From Phycisphaerae bacterium (GTDB lineage: Bacteria; Planctomycetota; Phycisphaerae; Sedimentisphaerales; UBA12454): a stretch of DNA of 64,000 nt. Positions 1 through 8,887 of this stretch are shown piece after piece. The notes beneath the pieces were generated by a model. The model was not told the origin of the DNA, did not search any database, and saw only the letters and a program-made list of their open reading frames with translations. Numbering within the stretch: position 1 is the first letter of the stretch; the number at the start of each line of letters is the position of its first letter. The stretch spans positions 4,315 through 68,314 of the forward strand of contig JAPLMW010000063.1 of assembly GCA_026386845.1 (NCBI GenBank), in the 5' to 3' direction. A program made the position numbers and the translations under genes.

Positions 1-19
1 CAGTGAACAGTTCACAGTA

Positions 20-388
20 TTATTCCAGCGTTTCAATTAATCTATAAAGCATATTTGTTATTTCTTTGCCTCTGAATCGCATATTTATATAACAATCCTT
101 ATCTATTAATTTCTCATTCAGCAAAATATTAAATACAGAGATACACTCACGTGTTGAATCGAAAGAAATTGAATAATAACGGCTTTTTTCTTTTTTTGAT
201 TTTTTGCCGCTGCCCTCTGCTATATTGTTTGATATCGATGCCCCTGCCCTTACCATATTACTGCCAATTGTATATTTATACTCCGGCGGCAATTTTTTAT
301 ATATCTTAAAAATCTCGTGCATAAAATCGAGAGCTTTTTGATAAACGATTAATTTCTCAAAATCAAATTTAAAATCTTTATCTTCCAT
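20..388 (-). CDS. four-helix-bundle protein (23S rRNA intervening-sequence protein / Avd-like family)
   Basis: 122-aa ORF. The pattern FDFEKLIVYQKALDF...IGSNMVRAGASISNNIAEGSGK...E is typical of this family. Flanked by a 12-bp inverted repeat (1-12 / 413-424). Confidence 0.8.
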   Translation of the reverse strand: MEDKDFKFDFEKLIVYQKALDFMHEIFKIYKKLPPEYKYTIGSNMVRAGASISNNIAEGSGKKSKKEKSRYYSISFDSTRECISVFNILLNEKLIDKDCYINMRFRGKEITNMLYRLIETLE

Positions 389-435
389 ATTTTCTGTTAA
401 CTGTAAGCTGTAAACTGTTCACTGTTAACTTTACA

Positions 436-945
436 CTAAAGGCCGGGTAAATTATTTTTGTCACTTATATCTTTTAGCTGCCTGTATAAATCCCTCATCG
501 ACTGACTTATGACATCCGTATCTGCGCAAACATCCATAAAGTTTGTATCGCCGTCCCATCGCGGCACTATATGAATATGCAGATGTTCCGGCAGTCCGGC
601 TCCTGCGCATCTGCCGAAATTCATACCGACATTAAAGCCGCACGGCTTTATCGCAGCCGTCAAAACCTTCTGCGAGGCGGCAATAAGTTTTGCAAGCTCC
701 AGCAATTCGCCGTCGTTCAATTCTGCAAGCTCGCCTGCGTGTCTTTGCGGAGCTAAAAGCAGATGACCGTTGTTATAAGGAAACCTGTTAAGCATAACAA
801 GACAGTTTCCGGTGCGCCACAGCACAAAATTATCCTCGTCCTGCTCCGGATGTTTTATGTTATCACAAATAAAGCAGTTCTGCTTTTTACCGAGACCCTG
901 AACATATCCAATCCTCCACGGCGCCCAGAGATTGTTTCTTTTCAA
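436..945 (-). CDS. HIT (histidine triad) family nucleotide hydrolase/transferase
   Basis: 169-aa ORF with the histidine triad HLHIHIVPRW and an N-terminal WAPWR motif. Confidence 0.85.
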   Translation of the reverse strand: MKRNNLWAPWRIGYVQGLGKKQNCFICDNIKHPEQDEDNFVLWRTGNCLVMLNRFPYNNGHLLLAPQRHAGELAELNDGELLELAKLIAASQKVLTAAIKPCGFNVGMNFGRCAGAGLPEHLHIHIVPRWDGDTNFMDVCADTDVISQSMRDLYRQLKDISDKNNLPGL

Positions 946-967
946 TTCGGTCTCCTGACAAATTATC

Positions 968-2029
968 TTATTGGGCCAAAGTCATCGTTATGGTCTGATT
1001 GATTTCGATACTCGGCTCAATTGAACCGCTGCCCAGCCCGAAAATAGAGGCGACCGCTTTGACCTTATACTGCTGAGTATCGCTTTTAATAAGTCCTTTT
1101 TCTATATCATAAAGCTGACGTCCGCTGCCTTCTATAGACTGCACGCGATAGTCTCTCAAAAAGCCGAACGTTCCCCGCATATGAAACGAGCCTGTGTAAG
1201 GAAAAGGTGCCGCCGGCATCGACTTGCTCAATTTATAACTGCTTGTTATCTCGGCAAGAGAAACTCCATTGGAGTCAGCAACATCCGTGAATTTGTATTC
1301 TACGTCTCTGCCCGTCCTTGAAACAAAAGGCATCGGCGCCAGAAGTTGCGAGTTCCATTTCTGGTCCTTCTTGAGACCTTTCGACGGATTTTTTATGCTC
1401 GCCACCGAATCCCAGATATACCACTGTGTAGCGATAAAATCCATAATCATATCCTGGCCTTTGATTCTGCCTTTTCCAGAATTTCCGGCAAAGGCCTTTT
1501 CGCCAAGCTCTGCGATCAGCTTCTCCAGAGAACTGTAATCGACGATTTTGCCTGTAGGCGTAATTTTAAGTGTAAAGCTCTTTCCTGCAGCAGATTCAAC
1601 AGCATCGCTCCTGTCCTGCCCTCTCGATGCTCGCGTAACCTTGACGCTATTGCACGTCGCTTCGATTATCGAATATCCGTAGGGAGCTATCTCGACTGGC
1701 TTATACACCATCTCCATTTCGAGTTTCTCTGTGATATTTTGAACACCGCCATCGTTTTTTCCCTCTTTGGAGGACCCGCCAGATGGGTCAAGGTCGAGCG
1801 TAATCTGTCTTTCACAGACAAAATTATACTTCAACGGCACATTAGGCTCAAAATCGACGCTTAAAAGGAGTTTGCCTTTGTGAAAATTACTTGACTTGAT
1901 GGACTTACTCGACTTGCCGGACTTGTCGGACTTGCCTTTCGAGCCGAATAAACCTCCCTTTGCCTCCACTGAAACAAGAAAACAAACTGCTGCCGCTAAA
2001 AGCAGACCTGAAAAAATCCTTTTCTTCAT
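968..2029 (-). CDS. secreted hypothetical protein
   Basis: 353-aa ORF with an N-terminal signal peptide (MKKRIFSGLLLAAAVCFLVSVEA). No family recognised. Confidence 0.55.
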   Translation of the reverse strand: MKKRIFSGLLLAAAVCFLVSVEAKGGLFGSKGKSDKSGKSSKSIKSSNFHKGKLLLSVDFEPNVPLKYNFVCERQITLDLDPSGGSSKEGKNDGGVQNITEKLEMEMVYKPVEIAPYGYSIIEATCNSVKVTRASRGQDRSDAVESAAGKSFTLKITPTGKIVDYSSLEKLIAELGEKAFAGNSGKGRIKGQDMIMDFIATQWYIWDSVASIKNPSKGLKKDQKWNSQLLAPMPFVSRTGRDVEYKFTDVADSNGVSLAEITSSYKLSKSMPAAPFPYTGSFHMRGTFGFLRDYRVQSIEGSGRQLYDIEKGLIKSDTQQYKVKAVASIFGLGSGSIEPSIEINQTITMTLAQ

Positions 2030-2063
2030 AATATTTACCTGCTGAATTAATCCTTTATTATAT

Positions 2064-3026
2064 TTATTTAACTTTTTCTATGCTGAACAGGCTTGAAAAG
2101 CCCATCGTCAGCTGGTCGGGGCCTTTATCGCTTTTCTGCTCCTGCGACGGCTCGACAGCCAGCCATTCGGCTTTGAGGAGTTCCTGATAACTGTCGATTT
2201 CGCCGGTTGTCAGATTGAGAACCATTTTGCCGGTGTAGTTGTCCTTCTCATCGAACATATTCGCGAAAAAGTTCATTTTCTGCTGCTCATCCGCCGGCGT
2301 ATCGGCTGCCCGCTTTGAGCTTGTCGCTGCGCTCATATCTACAACAGCAATACTATCGTTGCCTCGCTTTTTGATGTCCGTCAGCGTATAAACTTTTTCA
2401 AATGATTTCGGCATTAGCATTCCCTCCGGCGCGGCGACTACTGTGCTGTATTTGTCGCCTTTTTTGCTAAGAGTTTTTCCCGTATTCATCAGGGCAAGAA
2501 CCTGATGACGCCTTGCAATTTCCTCATCGCTGAGCAATTTGCCTACAAAAGTTTGGGTGGGACCTTTTTCCTTGATAAGTTCGCGCGCCGCTTTGACGTC
2601 AACTGTCTCAACCTTGCCGTTAGGCATTATCTTTATTTTGTAGCTCTGACCGATAAGCGCCATAAGCGGGTCGGATTTGCTTGTTTCTGCCGCGCTGTCA
2701 AAGTCCATTGCTTTGCCCTGCGGGTCTTCGGACAGGTATTTAAGTTTCTTTATCGTTATACCCGCTATCGCTCCGCCCTGCTGGTCAACGCTTTCAATCT
2801 TCTGCGCGAAAACCATTTCTACACGCCCGACCGTATGGCGTTCTTTTGTCTTATTTATTGAAGGCTGAGAAAACGAGTAATCCTTGCTGGTTTCAAGAAC
2901 TACCTTATAGACCGTTTCACGCTGCGGCGCCAGATTGAGTTTCACTTCCGTAGCCGGCACGCAGCCCGCTAAAATAGATAAAATAACTCCTAATAATACG
3001 ACCGACAACATCATCCGAGCTTTCAT
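2064..3026 (-). CDS. hypothetical lipoprotein
   Basis: 320-aa ORF with a signal peptide and lipobox (LSILAGC). No family recognised. Confidence 0.55.
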   Translation of the reverse strand: MKARMMLSVVLLGVILSILAGCVPATEVKLNLAPQRETVYKVVLETSKDYSFSQPSINKTKERHTVGRVEMVFAQKIESVDQQGGAIAGITIKKLKYLSEDPQGKAMDFDSAAETSKSDPLMALIGQSYKIKIMPNGKVETVDVKAARELIKEKGPTQTFVGKLLSDEEIARRHQVLALMNTGKTLSKKGDKYSTVVAAPEGMLMPKSFEKVYTLTDIKKRGNDSIAVVDMSAATSSKRAADTPADEQQKMNFFANMFDEKDNYTGKMVLNLTTGEIDSYQELLKAEWLAVEPSQEQKSDKGPDQLTMGFSSLFSIEKVK

Positions 3027-3221
3027 ATTTTTCTCCTAAGACCATTCAATTACAATATTTAATTTGTCGTAATACAGACCATGATTATAACAATTAAAAT
3101 CAAATGAGCAATTTTTTTTTATGGATATATGCCGCTTTTTATGTTTTTAGGATTTATTTATTATAATCCTGTGATTATAATCATTATTTCTTAATTGAAA
3201 GTAACTTAGGAGAAAATAGCT

Positions 3222-4889
3222 ATGAAGAGCGATATGATTAAAAAAGGGTTTCAAAGGACTCCGCATAGAGCGTTATTGCGGGCCACAGGCCTGAAAGATG
3301 CCGACATCGGCAAGCCGTTCATCGGCATAGCCAACAGCTTCTGCGAGGTTGTGCCGGGCCATATGCACCTCAACAAGGTGGCGCAAAGGGTCAAAAAAGC
3401 CGTTCGAGCCGCCGGCGGCATACCATTCGAGTTCAATACCATCGCCATCTGCGATGGCATCGCAATGGGGCATACCGGAATGAAATACTCGCTGCCTTCG
3501 CGCGAGATAATCGCCGATTCCGTCGAATCAATGGTTCGCGCCCACTGTTTCGACGGCCTTATTTGCATACCCAACTGCGACAAGATAATACCCGGAATGC
3601 TGATGGCTTCTGTGCGGGTTAACATTCCGACAATTTTCGTCTCAGGCGGCCCGATGGCTGTCGGCAAAGATTCAAAGGGCAATGACGTTGACCTCAGTTC
3701 GGTCTTTGAAGCCGTCGCATCTTACAAGGCAGGCAAAATCGATGATGCCAGACTGTATGAGGTTGAATGCGCCGCCTGCCCTTCGCAGGGAAGCTGCTCA
3801 GGAATGTACACGGCCAATAGTATGAACTGCCTTTGCGAGGCAATCGGAATGGCTCTGCCCGGCAACGGCACTATTCTCGCAATCAGTCCCAAAAGGAATA
3901 AATTATACGCCGCCGCGGGAAAACAGATAATCAAACTCATCGAAATGGATTTAAAACCGCTCGATATTATATCCGCCGAGTCGATTGACAACGCCTTTAT
4001 GCTCGATATGGCTATGGGCGGCTCGACAAATACAGTCCTGCACGCCCTGGCAATCGCAAACGAAGCCGAAATAAAATACGACCTCGAAAGAATAAATAAG
4101 ATAAGCGAAAGATGTCCCAACATCTGCAAGGTTTCGCCTTCGAGCAAATGGCACGTTCAGGATGTTGACGCCTCCGGCGGCGTTAGCGCAATCCTCAAAG
4201 AGATTAGCAAAATGAAGGGCCTGCTTAATCTCAATTGTCCGACCGTTACGGGAAAAACTCTTGGCAAAAACATCGCCAGAGCGAAAATCTCAAATACAGA
4301 TTGTATCCATACACTTGAAAATGCCTATTCCAAAACCGGTGGCCTTTCAATCCTCAGAGGCAATCTTGCCCCTGATGGCTGCGTGGTAAAAACCGCCGGC
4401 GTCGCCGAAAATATGCTCCGCCACAGCGGCCCCGCCGTCATTTTTGAAAGTCAGGAAGATGCCTGCGATGGTATCCTTGCCGGCAAAGTAAAGGCCGGCG
4501 ATGTCGTTATTATCAGAAACGAAGGCCCGAAAGGCGGTCCCGGTATGCAGGAAATGCTTGTGCCGACAAGTTATATTATGGGCGCAGGTCTTGGCGAATC
4601 GGTCGCTCTTGTTACCGATGGCAGATTCAGCGGCGGAACTCGCGGCGCCTGCATCGGCCACGTCAGCCCGGAAGCCTTTGTCGGCGGTCCGATTGGTCTC
4701 TTGAAAAATGGAGATATTGTTGAAATTGATATCCCCGCCAAAAAAATCAGCGTCAGACTCTCTGATGATGAGCTTGCGAAAAGGAAAGCACAATTTGTGC
4801 CGCCAAAGCCTCGGATTACCAAAGGCTGTCTTGCTAAATACGCCGCGATGGCAACTTCCGCCGATACCGGCGCTATATTAAAATGGTAA
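3222..4889 (+). CDS. ilvD: dihydroxy-acid dehydratase
   Basis: 555-aa ORF with full-length IlvD-like sequence ([25 protein letters not shown]). AGGAG lies upstream of the ATG. Confidence 0.95.
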   Translation: MKSDMIKKGFQRTPHRALLRATGLKDADIGKPFIGIANSFCEVVPGHMHLNKVAQRVKKAVRAAGGIPFEFNTIAICDGIAMGHTGMKYSLPSREIIADSVESMVRAHCFDGLICIPNCDKIIPGMLMASVRVNIPTIFVSGGPMAVGKDSKGNDVDLSSVFEAVASYKAGKIDDARLYEVECAACPSQGSCSGMYTANSMNCLCEAIGMALPGNGTILAISPKRNKLYAAAGKQIIKLIEMDLKPLDIISAESIDNAFMLDMAMGGSTNTVLHALAIANEAEIKYDLERINKISERCPNICKVSPSSKWHVQDVDASGGVSAILKEISKMKGLLNLNCPTVTGKTLGKNIARAKISNTDCIHTLENAYSKTGGLSILRGNLAPDGCVVKTAGVAENMLRHSGPAVIFESQEDACDGILAGKVKAGDVVIIRNEGPKGGPGMQEMLVPTSYIMGAGLGESVALVTDGRFSGGTRGACIGHVSPEAFVGGPIGLLKNGDIVEIDIPAKKISVRLSDDELAKRKAQFVPPKPRITKGCLAKYAAMATSADTGAILKW

Positions 4890-5016
4890 AAATGAAGTAA
4901 GGAAATTCGGCAATTCAGTTATCAGTTAAATTCTTACCGATAACTGAGTTTCTGATAACTGATAACTTCGTCCTCCTTATTTCCTTACATCTTTATTTCC
5001 TTACTTCTTAAATTCT

Positions 5017-5973
5017 GTGAAATCTGTGGCTAAAAATAAATGGTATATCGGAGGTTTGCATTTTGCCTGTCAGCAGTGCGGCTCCTGCTGCTGTGGGCCG
5101 GACGAAGGCGTTATCTGGATATCAAGGCCTGAAATCAATATGCTCGCCGAGCATCTCGGCTTAAGCGCATCAGAACTTCGCAAAAAATACCTTAGAAGAA
5201 TAGGCTTTCGTTTCTCAATAAGGGAAAATCCCTGCTCGAAGGATTGTGTCTTTCTGGCAAACCTGAACGGCTTTAAAGGCTGCACGATTTATAACGCCCG
5301 TCCGATGCAGTGCCGAAACTGGCCGTTCTGGCCGGGCAATTTACAAAGCCCCGATGACTGGAACACCGCTGCGAAAAAATGCCCCGGCATAAACAAAGGC
5401 AGATTTTATTCCTTCGATGAAATTGAAAAAATTAAAAACCAAAAACAATGGTGGAATAATACAAACAAAAACAAAAAACAGAGCCCAAGCGATAGCGCAG
5501 GGGGTATAGCTGCCATCGGTACGGCGGCGCTGCAGATTTGCGCCCAGGTCAAACAAATTTACGACTGGTTGGATGAAAATATAAAACCGTTAAACAATAA
5601 ATGTGATGCCTGCGGAAAATGCTGTAATTTTGACTCCTTCGGACACAAATTATTTGTCACAACACCGGAATTGCTTTATTTTTCCAGGAACGTCAAGAAT
5701 TCAAGAAAGATGTCAACACAAACCTGCCCATATCTTGATGATGGCAAATGCGGCGCAAGAAATCATCGTTTCGCAGGCTGTAGGATTTTCTTCTGCAAAT
5801 CCGCTGGGGGATGCCTTACGGCAGAAGATAAGGATTTACAAAACAAACTCAGCGAACAGGCGTCAAAAAAATTTAAGGCAATTTGCGAAAAATATGATTT
5901 ACCTTATCGTTATATCGATTTGCCAACAGCTTTGAGTAATCCTGAAATGTTAAATTTAATTGAATCTCTGTGA
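5017..5973 (+). CDS. YkgJ-family cysteine-cluster protein (two CxxCxxCC modules)
   Basis: 318-aa ORF with CQQCGSCCCGP and CDACGKCCNF clusters. The GTG start lies inside a ctgtggc word repeat, so the start is uncertain. Confidence 0.65.
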   Translation: MKSVAKNKWYIGGLHFACQQCGSCCCGPDEGVIWISRPEINMLAEHLGLSASELRKKYLRRIGFRFSIRENPCSKDCVFLANLNGFKGCTIYNARPMQCRNWPFWPGNLQSPDDWNTAAKKCPGINKGRFYSFDEIEKIKNQKQWWNNTNKNKKQSPSDSAGGIAAIGTAALQICAQVKQIYDWLDENIKPLNNKCDACGKCCNFDSFGHKLFVTTPELLYFSRNVKNSRKMSTQTCPYLDDGKCGARNHRFAGCRIFFCKSAGGCLTAEDKDLQNKLSEQASKKFKAICEKYDLPYRYIDLPTALSNPEMLNLIESL

Positions 5974-6042
5974 ACTCTGTGAGCTCTGTGAGCTCTGTGG
6001 CTTAAAAAGTATTTTATAGATTTCTCTGTGGCTTGAAAATTT

Positions 6043-6741
6043 ATGAATTTATTTTTATTTCTACTTCAGGTTTTCGTTATTTCGCTTTCCGGCGTTCTGG
6101 CGCCGGGGCCTGTAATGGCGGCGACAATCGCGGCAGGAGCAAAATCCCGCCACGCAGGAATATTCATATCAATAGGTCATTCCGCCATTGAGTTACCGCT
6201 GATTGCGGCGATTATACTGGGGCTGGGCTTTGTTTTCGAGCATCCCGCCGCGAAATTCATAATCGGTCTTGCAGGCGGTGCTTTTCTGCTCTGGATGGGC
6301 TTTGGTATGTTTAACAGTTGTTTAGCCCCCACCCCTGTGGTGGGGGGTCAGAGCCGCGACGGCTTGTCCCGCCATAGCCTTGCGACGGCGGATAATGGAG
6401 CGGTCATCGACCGAATTTTTAGAAACAATTCCAATTTCAAAAACGATATTATGACGGGCGTGATATTATCGGCGTCAAATCCGTATTTTTTATTGTGGTG
6501 GGCGACGGTAGGTCTTAATCTCGCAAAGGACGCCGCTGGTTTCGGCTATATCGCCGTTATTCTTTTCGCCTTGGTTCACTCGCTTTGCGATATGGGCTGG
6601 CTGGAAATTCTATCTTTCACAAGCTACAAAGGCACAAAATTTTTAAACGAGAAAAACCAGAAAATTGTGCTTGCCGTCTGCGCGGCTGCGATAATCTTCT
6701 TTGGAATTTACTTTATCGCCAAAAGCCTTTTGACCTTGTAG
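6043..6741 (+). CDS. LysE-family amino-acid exporter with a repeat-derived loop insertion
   Basis: 232-aa multi-TM ORF with a LysE-type N-terminus (SGVLAPGPV). The central loop is encoded by GC-rich hairpin repeats (6321-6391). Confidence 0.7.
   Translation: MNLFLFLLQVFVISLSGVLAPGPVMAATIAAGAKSRHAGIFISIGHSAIELPLIAAIILGLGFVFEHPAAKFIIGLAGGAFLLWMGFGMFNSCLAPTPVVGGQSRDGLSRHSLATADNGAVIDRIFRNNSNFKNDIMTGVILSASNPYFLLWWATVGLNLAKDAAGFGYIAVILFALVHSLCDMGWLEILSFTSYKGTKFLNEKNQKIVLAVCAAAIIFFGIYFIAKSLLTL
6369..6391. repeat. CCGCC..GGCGG hairpin repeat copy inside the LysE CDS
   Basis: ccgccatagccttgcgacggcgg. It is the reverse-complement relative of the copies at 11575-11600 and 11836-11861. Confidence 0.8.
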
Positions 6742-6933
6742 TTTAGCCGTCGCCGGTTTAGCCTTCGTAGCCGCTTCGGCGAAGTAGGCCACGGCGACGA
6801 TATTTAGCCCCCAGTTGCCTGTCCTGAGCGCACCTGTCCTGAGTTACACCGAAGGAGTCGAAGGATACTGGGGGTTTTATATCCGCCGTTTCCCCTTGAT
6901 TATTCGTATGTTATAGAATATACTTATTACCTG

Positions 6934-7548
6934 ATGGAAATCGAGGTTTTAGAAGGCAGCAATATGGGAAGCGATATTAACGAATTAAAAGAAGCTTGGA
7001 ATCGAGCAACAGATTCTGATGTAATAAAAGCAGCTACCAAAGATTGGGGAGAATACTCCCCTGATGCTCAGATAATAATCGAAACTGAAGCAAGAAACAG
7101 GGGTTTATTGGAAGAAGTGCTTGCTTTAAGAGGTGAAAAGACAAGTGAACCAATTTCCAAAGAAGGTATTGTTTCTAATGCCAAGGAAAAAGAAAAGCCA
7201 ATTCTCGACATAGTTGTTCGTATTGGATGTTTTATTATCGGATTTGTCCTTTGGAAATTTCTCGGCCTTGCTCCCTTTATATTGTTACTTGCTTTCATAA
7301 TTGGTGAACCGCTCGCAAAATGGTATTTCGAACGCCAAAAAGTTAATCAAACTTTTATCAAATGGATTGTTTGGTCAAATGTTTTGACTTGGTTCTTACT
7401 ACCACCCCTTGGCATATTGACTGGTTCTATGGCTCTTCAATTTAGTAATCTTGTTGAGCAAGAAAAGAAAAAATATAAAATTTTAGCAATAACTGGTATA
7501 GGATTATCGCTAATAAACGCGATTGCTGGATTTATAATGAGATTGTGA
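6934..7548 (+). CDS. hypothetical membrane protein (low-GC islet)
   Basis: 204-aa ORF with a soluble N-terminus and several TM segments. AT-rich. Confidence 0.45.
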   Translation: MEIEVLEGSNMGSDINELKEAWNRATDSDVIKAATKDWGEYSPDAQIIIETEARNRGLLEEVLALRGEKTSEPISKEGIVSNAKEKEKPILDIVVRIGCFIIGFVLWKFLGLAPFILLLAFIIGEPLAKWYFERQKVNQTFIKWIVWSNVLTWFLLPPLGILTGSMALQFSNLVEQEKKKYKILAITGIGLSLINAIAGFIMRL

Positions 7549-7567
7549 TAAATGATATTGAAGTAAA

Positions 7568-7621
7568 ATTGCCCTCGGTGCGGTGTTGTTGAGAAAAAGT
7601 GGAACCTTTTTGAAAAGGTAG
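7568..7621 (+). repeat. PEP-CTERM-tail-like repeat, copy 1
   Basis: One frame reads IALGAVLLRKS, followed by the hairpin ccttttt-g-aaaagg. Related to 8771-8834 and 60886-60985. Confidence 0.5.
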
Positions 7622-7626
7622 ATATT

Positions 7627-7983
7627 ATGCGAAAGTTATCGCCCAAATGGCCTGTGAGGATGACTATAGTTGCCTTTTTGTCACCGATGCTCTATGTGTT
7701 TTTTCGGATTCCACCGATATTCCATGTGTTTTTTGGTGAGGTTGAAAAGCCTCCAATTATCAGTACCACAGAACTTGCAGAAAAAGTCGTAGGGGCAGTT
7801 GGTATAACGACAATAATTTGGTTAATTTACGGTGTTTCTTGCCTTTGTGCACGAACTTGGGTAAATTGTGAAAAATGCAAGTTTTCAGATGTTACACAAG
7901 ACTCCAAAGAAATGAAGTGCCAATTAAATGGTTACAATTATCCTATAACTTACTCTTGTAAAAAGTCCAGACCGAAGAAATGA
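7627..7983 (+). CDS. hypothetical membrane protein
   Basis: 118-aa ORF with two or three TM segments and a Cys-rich C-terminus. Its stop overlaps the next start (ATGA at 7980). Confidence 0.35.
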   Translation: MRKLSPKWPVRMTIVAFLSPMLYVFFRIPPIFHVFFGEVEKPPIISTTELAEKVVGAVGITTIIWLIYGVSCLCARTWVNCEKCKFSDVTQDSKEMKCQLNGYNYPITYSCKKSRPKK

Positions 7984-8324
7984 GCAAAAGTATATTGACA
8001 AACAGACCACACTTAATACCGTCTTTGCTCGTAGTGGCAATGTTGCTCTTAGCTTTAGCAGATTTGCCTTATGGTTATTATCAACTGCTCAGGTTTGTTG
8101 TTTGTGGTGTCGCAGTATATATAGCTTATATGGCATACACTTGGCAAAAAATGTGGGCTGTGTGGCTGTTTGCTTTTATTGCTATTTTATTTAATCCTTT
8201 GGTGCCAATACATTTTTCGAGAGAACTTTGGCAGGTTTTAGATTTTATTTGTGCAATACTGTTTATCGTTAGTTTGTTTGTCGTCCATTTGCCGACAAAT
8301 AATAAATTGCATAAATCGTCATAG
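7980..8324 (+). CDS. small hypothetical membrane protein
   Basis: 114-aa ORF with four predicted TM helices. Coupled to the upstream ORF. Confidence 0.45.
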   Translation: MSKSILTNRPHLIPSLLVVAMLLLALADLPYGYYQLLRFVVCGVAVYIAYMAYTWQKMWAVWLFAFIAILFNPLVPIHFSRELWQVLDFICAILFIVSLFVVHLPTNNKLHKSS

Positions 8325-8350
8325 AATGGCTTTCATAGGAAAGGAAGTTT

Positions 8351-8764
8351 ATGGATATATCTAAAGAACAGTCGGAGTCAGTTTCCATCTGGCAACTGAC
8401 GGATGAACAGAGGCAACAAATCTATGAAGAGGAAAAACGTTGCATAGAGAAGACTTCGCCGATGTTATCCAAAAGAGCGATATTTTATGTTGCCGTCTAT
8501 TTTTTTGGCTGCCTACTCCTTTACTTTGGTATCCCGCAGGCTTTCATCGATTTTTGTGGAACTCGACAGTGGACGTATCAACCGGAATCGAATATTTTCG
8601 TGTCGCTTCTCAACGCAGCAGTCGAGTTGATTCGTCCATTTTTAGCGGTAGTTATAACATTCTGGGTCGTTGCTGTACCTGCTGGGATTATTTGGGGGGT
8701 TTGGATTTTGGGCAATAATTTCATCAAATTTTTCAAGCGACTGGTCAATAAGGGTAAGAATTAA
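8351..8764 (+). CDS. hypothetical membrane protein
   Basis: 137-aa ORF with GGAAAGGAAG upstream of the ATG and TM helices. Confidence 0.4.
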   Translation: MDISKEQSESVSIWQLTDEQRQQIYEEEKRCIEKTSPMLSKRAIFYVAVYFFGCLLLYFGIPQAFIDFCGTRQWTYQPESNIFVSLLNAAVELIRPFLAVVITFWVVAVPAGIIWGVWILGNNFIKFFKRLVNKGKN

Positions 8765-8770
8765 AGCCAA

Positions 8771-8834
8771 ACTCCTACTGCTCGGCCTTGGTGCGGTGGT
8801 TTTAAGAAAAAGATGCCAAACGTTTTTCAAAGGG
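8771..8834 (+). repeat. PEP-CTERM-tail-like repeat, copy 2
   Basis: One frame reads KLLLLGLGAVVLRKR, a hydrophobic stretch plus a basic cluster. Starts 7 nt after the preceding stop codon. Confidence 0.55.
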
Positions 8835-8887
8835 AAAAAATGAAAACTAAATCTAGTTTTGTACTGCGTTTAATATAGGATTAAGAA

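Noticed and set aside
7568-8834. Integron gene cassettes with attC sites
   Set aside because: No intI integrase or attI is in the window. The repeat ends do not fit the RYYYAAC / GTTRRRY core sites (gccaaac and gtttttc fail the consensus). The arms lack the extended imperfect symmetry of attC.
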